From: an uncultured Candidatus Saccharibacteria bacterium
Lineage (GTDB): Bacteria > Patescibacteriota > Minisyncoccia > Phycocordibacterales > UBA9973
Direction of reading: 5' to 3'
NCBI GenBank assembly: GCA_964527185.1
Contig: CAZGOI010000001.1
Coordinates: forward strand, 167,097 to 231,096
Length of the DNA: 64,000 bases
This document shows, in pieces, positions 58,750 to 64,000 of the stretch; position 1 is the stretch's first letter; every line of letters starts with the position of its first letter. The notes under the pieces are model-generated. The model was given only the letters and a program-made list of their open reading frames with translations, was not told the DNA's origin and did not search any database. A program made the position numbers and the translations under genes.

Positions 58750-59976
58750 TTAGAGGACTGCAAGTAGAGCATCCAGTGCAACCTTCTCATTTGCTATATT
58801 TGGACTGACGGCTCGGAGTTCTCGCAAGACTTTATCGATCTTGCCATCGATCAATGTCCAGGCAGTAGGATTTTTTGGTTTTAGTCGTGCTTCGGCACTG
58901 TCCCATTCATATTCCAAATCTCCGATACGGGTAGTCGCGCCAGATTGGTTTCCTGCATTCAGTAAATCGAGAGTATCTTGGGTAATAGTTTTAAATGAAG
59001 ACATGTCACCAAGCGGTGATGTTTGTGTGTTCGCGCCACCAGAACGAGAAGTCGTATCTGCATTCTTTAGGGCAGATTGGCGCATGTTATAGCCAACCAA
59101 CCCGGCGGTCGCAAGCAAGGCGACGACAATTATCGTTTGAATCAAGCCACTTCTTTTTTTATTTGAACCAATTTCTTTTTCAACCCCCTCTTTGTTTTCT
59201 TTTTTTATAACATCTCTCTTGGTTATTGAAAGGTAAGCGACAATTGCAAGAATACCACCGACAAATATGAAACTAGTGACAGTCGCCCCAAGCCCCAGCC
59301 CGCCGTATTTTGGAGGTTGAGATAGATAATCACCGATCGATGCGCCGAGTGGCCGAGTCAAAATATAAATAAGCCAAAAAGACAAGACTGGGTTTAATTT
59401 AAATCGCCAAGCAATCGTAAATATTGCGATCAGACCTGCGATGATGAAACCAGTTGTCGCATAGCCGAGGCCAAGCCCTTCGGCCATCAGGTCGCCCGAA
59501 GCTGTGCCAAGCGCAAAAGTAAATAAAATAGTGAGCCAATAAAAAGCTTCTCTTCGAGGTGTAAATATCGAGTGGATTGACAGTGTTTTTTCGAAGTAAT
59601 ACCAAACAATGAAAGTGGCAGCCAAAAGAATACTGAATATGATGGTGCTTGTTTCAAGCGGTACGCCGATTTTGTCGGTTAGATTATCCGTCACGAGTGT
59701 TCCAAACACGCTGATGAACATGACAGAAAGCCAATAGGTTACCGGGACATATTTTTTTGCTCTAAATTGAAAGACGAGGGCGATAGCAAGCAATATTCCA
59801 GTTACGATCGATGTTCCGGTTAAACCCAGATTGAGGTTTACGTTTAAATAGTCTGCAGCTGTTTCCCCGACAGTCGTACACATTACCTTTATGAACCAAA
59901 ACCAGAGCGTGATCTCTGGAACTTTGTTGAGCATTTGCCGCCATTTTGCATCAATATTTTGTATGGTAGATGACAT
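58750..59976 (-). CDS. polytopic membrane protein, hypothetical
   Basis: 408 aa with about 8 TM helices plus a C-terminal soluble domain. Confidence 0.45.
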   Translation of the reverse strand: MSSTIQNIDAKWRQMLNKVPEITLWFWFIKVMCTTVGETAADYLNVNLNLGLTGTSIVTGILLAIALVFQFRAKKYVPVTYWLSVMFISVFGTLVTDNLTDKIGVPLETSTIIFSILLAATFIVWYYFEKTLSIHSIFTPRREAFYWLTILFTFALGTASGDLMAEGLGLGYATTGFIIAGLIAIFTIAWRFKLNPVLSFWLIYILTRPLGASIGDYLSQPPKYGGLGLGATVTSFIFVGGILAIVAYLSITKRDVIKKENKEGVEKEIGSNKKRSGLIQTIIVVALLATAGLVGYNMRQSALKNADTTSRSGGANTQTSPLGDMSSFKTITQDTLDLLNAGNQSGATTRIGDLEYEWDSAEARLKPKNPTAWTLIDGKIDKVLRELRAVSPNIANEKVALDALLAVL

Positions 59977-60162
59977 AAAGTAGATTGTAAAATAAAATTA
60001 CAACTCACACAACCCAAAAATTGCGGAACCAGAGGGATTTAGGTAGGTCTAATTCTATTATCAAAATTGTATTATTCCCCCGATTTCTATATAATTATTA
60101 TACTGGTTCTTTAAAAATATTACGAATATTTGAAATTTTTTTAACACTTTAAAACTAAACAT

Positions 60163-60369
60163 ATGCCGAAAAGAATAAGAAGTTTTGCTACAAGCGACGG
60201 CAAAGCTTACTACGAACACACTGGTCACTACTATGAATTCAAAAAAATTTCGAAAAAGAAATTTTTAATGCCCCCTTCATCTGCCACAAAGCAGAACCTT
60301 GTTCAAACAGGCGATAATAGTGCAGCTATAACAACAACAAAAGCTGTAATGAAAGAATTTGGCTATTAA
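60163..60369 (+). CDS. hypothetical small protein
   Basis: 68-aa ORF. Weak support. Confidence 0.25.
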   Translation: MPKRIRSFATSDGKAYYEHTGHYYEFKKISKKKFLMPPSSATKQNLVQTGDNSAAITTTKAVMKEFGY

Positions 60370-60422
60370 TTTTCTTTTTTAACCCAACCGTACCTTAATC
60401 ATATTAAGGTACTTTTAAATTT

Positions 60423-60514
60423 TGGCGGAACCGGAGGGATTCGAACCCTCGAGGGGGTATAAAGCCCCTACCTCTTTAGCAAAGAGGTACGTTAGACCAC
60501 TCTGACACGGTTCC
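60423..60514 (-). tRNA. tRNA-Ser (anticodon GCU)
   Basis: Reverse complement GGAACCG..CGGTTCC-G-CCA. Loop TTGCTAA. Long variable arm TAGGGGCTTTATACCCCCT. T-loop TTCGAAT. Confidence 0.85.
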
Positions 60515-60584
60515 AAAATGCCCCTACACATTATCATATTTGATATTTTTACTCAAAACTATTGTTATGCTAGTATGTGAAAAT

Positions 60585-60599
60585 TGGAGGCGTGGATGA
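60585..60599 (+). repeat. duplicated 5' 15-nt fragment of the downstream class II tRNA
   Basis: GGAGGCGTGGATGAG is identical to 60689-60703. Preceded by TGCTAGTAT at 60567-60575. Followed by a 13-bp perfect hairpin GGGTAAATATAAA-CTGC-TTTATATTTACCC. Confidence 0.6.
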
Positions 60600-60688
60600 G
60601 ATGGGGTAAATATAAACTGCTTTATATTTACCCGCGAGCAGAGCGAGAGAACCACTCAGACACGAGATTCCGACAATGCGGAGCATAT

Positions 60689-60776
60689 TGGAGGCGTGGA
60701 TGAGTGGTTTAAATCAACGGTTTACTAAACCGTCGACCCTTAATCGGGTCCGTGAGTTCGAATCTCACCGCCTCCG
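60689..60776 (+). tRNA. class II tRNA (Ser-like) with anomalous anticodon ACU; possible pseudo or unusual tRNA
   Basis: GGAGGCG..CGCCTCC-G acceptor, 3-bp D stem with long loop, anticodon stem ACGGT/ACCGT with loop TTACTAA, 17-nt variable arm, T-loop TTCGAAT. Confidence 0.55.
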
Positions 60777-60861
60777 CAACGATCTTTTCAAACAACCCCC
60801 TGCTATTTTTGTATAAAAAGAATTTGTAGTACACTTAACTTAAGTATAAATAATAAATGAT

Positions 60862-61005
60862 ATGGAAATTATGAAAATCAATTTTGATTTCCTGACAATT
60901 TTAAGCATGATTGTTCTTGTTGCTGTATTAATCTGGCTCCCTTTTCTAATCAGAAATCTCCGACGGGATTCTAAGTTAAACAACTCCGAAAACAAGAGTA
61001 TTTAG
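60862..61005 (+). CDS. small membrane peptide (47 aa), hypothetical
   Basis: Below the ORF-track cutoff. MEIMKINFDFLTILSMIVLVAVLIWLPFLIRNLRRD.. with one TM helix. A terminator-like hairpin lies downstream near 61040-61075. Confidence 0.3.
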   Translation: MEIMKINFDFLTILSMIVLVAVLIWLPFLIRNLRRDSKLNNSENKSI

Positions 61006-61192
61006 CCAAATTATAAGCTCAGGAAAAAATTTTCACCCAATGCTCCTAATTCAGGGGCATTTTTTATGCAAGCAAGTAAGAGAATTTATTAACTATTGTC
61101 TTTGTACAATAAAAATTATGAACAAATAAAATTTACAATACTATTAAATAGGGTGTATAATGTGGACATTAAAAGCTAATTAATTTATCGAT

Positions 61193-61363
61193 ATGACTTT
61201 TATTCAAACACTTCTTCAAACAATCTGGTCGTCGCTCGTGATGCTCGGTCCTATCAAGGTTGTTATCGTGGTTGTAATCATCGCGCTTCTCTCGAGGGCC
61301 CAATCGCTCCTCGGTCTGCTCGCCGCCATACTCTTCATAGCCTATCTGGCCCACTGGATCTAA
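61193..61363 (+). CDS. small hydrophobic peptide (56 aa), hypothetical
   Basis: MTFIQTLLQTIWSSLVMLGPIKVVIVVVIIALL.., two TM-like segments. Preferred over the overlapping minus ORF 61169..61387. Confidence 0.3.
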   Translation: MTFIQTLLQTIWSSLVMLGPIKVVIVVVIIALLSRAQSLLGLLAAILFIAYLAHWI

Positions 61364-61410
61364 AAATTTTGCTGTTTGGTTAATCAATTCAATTTAAGTA
61401 TAATAAACTT

Positions 61411-61608
61411 GTGGAGGGCATAGAGTTTGAAAAAGAAAATATAGCATACAGGCCTCTGGCAAAACCCGAAGCCAAAGTCCCTTGGATGCACCGCATGGTC
61501 ATGAAACTAAGCGGCGGCAAGGTCAAAGACATAGAGCAGTCAAGAAAAATACTGGTTATTGTTGCTATTATTTTATTTCTTCTATCGATTTATAATTTCT
61601 TCTTTTAA
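61411..61608 (+). CDS. small membrane protein, hypothetical
   Basis: 65 aa with a C-terminal TM helix. Confidence 0.3.
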   Translation: MEGIEFEKENIAYRPLAKPEAKVPWMHRMVMKLSGGKVKDIEQSRKILVIVAIILFLLSIYNFFF

Positions 61609-61616
61609 TTTTATTT

Positions 61617-62141
61617 ATGAAAAATAAAAAAAGAGGTTTCACTCTAGTTGAACTCATGGTCGTCATAGCGATCATCACTTTCTTGGCGAGTATCGTCGTC
61701 TCGGCGCTCAATGCTTCCCGTTCGAAAGCAAGAGATGCCGAAAGAAAGCAAGACATGATACAAGTTAGAAACGCTCTCGAGCTCTACTACTCTGTAAACA
61801 AATCATACCCAAGCACCGGTGGAAATTTTTATAGCACTTCGGTCAACGTGCCTGGCCCGGGGACTTGCAGTGACTTTAACGGCAGTGGCACATATACGAG
61901 AACCGGGGCAAATGGCTACATACCAAATCTTGCCCCAACATACATATCGATTCTGCCCATAGACCCAAGGCCACTGTCGACTGGCAATTGCTATCTATAT
62001 AGATCAGATGGGGTTAATTATAAATTCTTGGTTTTTGGAACGGTTGAAAATTTTTCCTCAAATGATCCCATCAACGACCCCGGTAACCGCGCAAATAGTT
62101 GGGCGTATTGCACCGACACAGTTTCTTGCACAACTTGGTGA
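61617..62141 (+). CDS. type IV pilin / pseudopilin (prepilin N-terminal methylation domain)
   Basis: KKRGFTLVELMVVIAIITFLASIV class III signal, followed by a Cys-containing globular domain. Confidence 0.85.
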   Translation: MKNKKRGFTLVELMVVIAIITFLASIVVSALNASRSKARDAERKQDMIQVRNALELYYSVNKSYPSTGGNFYSTSVNVPGPGTCSDFNGSGTYTRTGANGYIPNLAPTYISILPIDPRPLSTGNCYLYRSDGVNYKFLVFGTVENFSSNDPINDPGNRANSWAYCTDTVSCTTW

Positions 62142-62354
62142 TATAAATAAAGAATGAAGACAAAAGTTAAAAATTATTGGGTCATTATAGTTTTGATTAT
62201 TTTGGTAAATATTTTTGTATTTAAATTTTTCTCAAGCCATTTGGAAAATTATGTAACCAACTACGAAACCGACCTAAACGCCAAAGCAGGATTGTGATAG
62301 AGGCAATATGGTATAATAAACCCAGGTCGCGCTTATAAGCCCTGTTAAATTATT

Positions 62355-63626
62355 TTGGTTTATGAAAAAAGGCAACGACCACTAAGAGAGATTAAAGTCT
62401 CGCAAAGGAGGGAGCCCAGCTCCCTTTCTTTGTACCAGGCAAACAAAGTGAAAAAAAAGAAAAATAAATGCCCATATTGTGGTGATAGCGAGATCAACCA
62501 CACACTCGTTTTTATAGAAAACAGCATCTCGCCGCTATTTGACTCGCACATCTCGTGGGCCACTAAGCACGCGCCACAATTTCTGAAAAACTTTGCAAGC
62601 AGTGTACCAAATTTTTTATTCACAGGTCTTTCGAAAATCGGCTTGGCCAGTTTTTCTTCTGACATAGAAAAATCAAAATCTTTTCGTTCTCGCGTTATCT
62701 GGGAAGAGGCCGAAAGGCGCGGTATAAAAATGGAACAAGTTTTTCTCGGCAAACGTGGGATAGACTGGTATCGGGCAGAACTCGGCGACAAAACAATTTT
62801 TTTTGAAAGTATACCAGTGCAACCAGAATACCTAGATTTTAAAAAAGATTGGGACAATAAAATTATTCTTAAAAAAGAATTAGCCAGGCACAGTGTCCCA
62901 GTTCCGAAATTTATAAAGATATTTCCTATAAGATTATCGAGCCTAGAGAAAAAATTTTCCAAATTAGAAAAACCGATAATAGTAAAACCAATGCTAGGCT
63001 CTCGAGCCCGGCACACGGTCACAAATATAAATACATTTGAAGAATTTAAAAATGCACTTCGATTAACAAGACAGATTTCCCCATATACAATTGCCGAAGA
63101 GCATGTCGATGGCTACATATGCAGGGCAACGCTCGTCGGTGGCAAGCTCGCTGGTTTCTATAGTGGTGAACCCCCTTTTATAATTGGCGACGGTAAAAAT
63201 AGTATAAAGTATTTGATAGATTTGAAAAACTCAAAAAAAGAAAATACTCGCTACAATATCCGCATCAACGATGAATTAAAAAGTCATGTATCGAGGCTAG
63301 GCTATGGATTAGAAAACATTTTAGAAAACAACAAGCGCATATATCTTTCCCATAGAAACGGCCAACTTTTCGGAGGTTATACCAAAGAAATGATCGATAG
63401 CTTGCACCCGAGCTTCATTCCAATTCTTGAAAAAGCTGCAAAAGTAATCGGTCTGCCAGTCATAGGCCTCGATTGTCTGATTCCCGACCCGACAAAAAAT
63501 GAAAGTACGCAAAAGTGGGCGATAATCGAGTGCAACACTCTGCCGTTTATCGACATGCACTACTTTGCGCTCGAAGGCAAACCCCGAAATATTGCCGGTA
63601 TGATTTGGGACATGTGGCAGAAATAA
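62355..63626 (+). CDS. ATP-grasp family ligase (RimK/cyanophycin-synthetase-like) with N-terminal Cys motif
   Basis: C-terminal block GLPVIGLDCLIP..WAIIECNTLPF resembles the ATP-grasp catalytic loop. N-terminal CPYCGDSEINH. 423 aa. Confidence 0.45.
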   Translation: MVYEKRQRPLREIKVSQRREPSSLSLYQANKVKKKKNKCPYCGDSEINHTLVFIENSISPLFDSHISWATKHAPQFLKNFASSVPNFLFTGLSKIGLASFSSDIEKSKSFRSRVIWEEAERRGIKMEQVFLGKRGIDWYRAELGDKTIFFESIPVQPEYLDFKKDWDNKIILKKELARHSVPVPKFIKIFPIRLSSLEKKFSKLEKPIIVKPMLGSRARHTVTNINTFEEFKNALRLTRQISPYTIAEEHVDGYICRATLVGGKLAGFYSGEPPFIIGDGKNSIKYLIDLKNSKKENTRYNIRINDELKSHVSRLGYGLENILENNKRIYLSHRNGQLFGGYTKEMIDSLHPSFIPILEKAAKVIGLPVIGLDCLIPDPTKNESTQKWAIIECNTLPFIDMHYFALEGKPRNIAGMIWDMWQK

Positions 63627-63628
63627 AA

Positions 63629-64000
63629 TTAATGCGCCAATGCAAAGCCGACAACTTTTTTTGCGCCGGCTGACTCTAACAACTTTTTTATTTCGCCGAT
63701 CGTTGCGCCGGTTGTCGTGACGTCGTCGATGACGATGACCACCCGACCCGAAACAGCATTTTTATTTTTTAACCTAAACGCTCCCTTGATATTTTTTATG
63801 CGCGCAGTGCGATTGACGATCCGAGCCTGCGGGGGAGTGTCGATCGCTCTTTCTACGATATCGGTTCGCAACGCCAAATTATTTTTACCAACCGGAGCGC
63901 AAAAATACCTAGCAATAATTTTTGCTTGGTTATAGTTTCGGGCCCTGCTCTTTTGTTTTGATATCGGCACTGGTATTACCAAAATCGGCTGGCTACCTGC
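63629..64000 (-). CDS. comF: ComF-like phosphoribosyltransferase-domain protein (partial, N-terminus beyond window end)
   Basis: Type I PRTase motif VVIVIDDVTTTGATIGE. The ORF track shows an internal Met at 63982, but the frame remains open to the window edge. Confidence 0.5.
   Translation of the reverse strand, partial: AGSQPILVIPVPISKQKSRARNYNQAKIIARYFCAPVGKNNLALRTDIVERAIDTPPQARIVNRTARIKNIKGAFRLKNKNAVSGRVVIVIDDVTTTGATIGEIKKLLESAGAKKVVGFALAH

Noticed and set aside
61169-61387. 72-aa minus-strand ORF
   Set aside because: It overlaps a more plausible plus-strand 56-aa hydrophobic peptide (61193-61363). The minus-strand product is low-complexity and charged with no start context. Neither ORF is strongly supported.
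1-64000. CRISPR arrays, integrase, transposase or prophage genes
   Set aside because: No regularly spaced direct repeats were seen. No tyrosine or serine recombinase or transposase motifs appear in any ORF. The only integration-like signature is the 15-nt tRNA fragment duplication at 60585/60689, which lacks an adjacent integrase.

Overview
This 64 kb window looks like a fragment of a small, reduced, low-GC bacterial genome. My guess, from the sequence alone, is a Patescibacteria/CPR-like organism. The evidence for this is the absence of rpmD (L30) between rpsE and rplO, an archaeal-type UMP kinase, H+-pyrophosphatase, type IV pilin and ComF, many small secreted or membrane proteins, and tiny intergenic spacers. 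The backbone is housekeeping: a near-complete S10-spc-secY-adk-map ribosomal protein operon (tuf, rpsJ through rplO, secY, adk, map) and infC-rpmI-rplT. It also carries rny, nusA, tig, clpP, ftsH, smpB with tmRNA, truB, glmM-like, fpg, ruvA, rpsT, hup, and 7 tRNA/tRNA-like genes. Several accessory blocks break this backbone: (1) 4.9-10.3 kb: hypothetical genes, a GNAT, a TrmB-like regulator, a purine-rich ~450-nt non-coding transcript with its own promoter, and two copies of a structured ~90-nt intergenic element flanking a 394-aa ORF of unknown function. (2) 17.4-22.0 kb: four consecutive secreted or lipoproteins, including a bacterial-intein-like (Hint) domain protein and a PKD-domain protein. 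(3) 36.6-41.8 kb: a five-gene module inserted exactly where the conserved order infA-rpmJ-rpsM-rpsK-rpsD-rpoA-rplQ should follow map. It comprises a soluble FtsK/TraD-like P-loop ATPase with a 500-aa N-terminal domain, a CYTH protein, ndk, a paralogous CYTH protein and an HD hydrolase. This module is my best candidate for an undescribed system. (4) A ~190-nt promoter-to-terminator unit at 41.83-42.06 kb that folds as a long imperfect hairpin (6S-like sRNA candidate). (5) A class II tRNA with anomalous ACU anticodon, preceded by a promoter, a duplicated 15-nt 5' tRNA fragment and an 89-nt hairpin-containing insert. A recurrent extended -10 motif TGCTAGTAT(A) marks promoters throughout, including two apparently leaderless genes. 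No CRISPR array, integrase, transposase or rRNA was found. All functional calls are from motif-level reading of translated ORFs without database searches.
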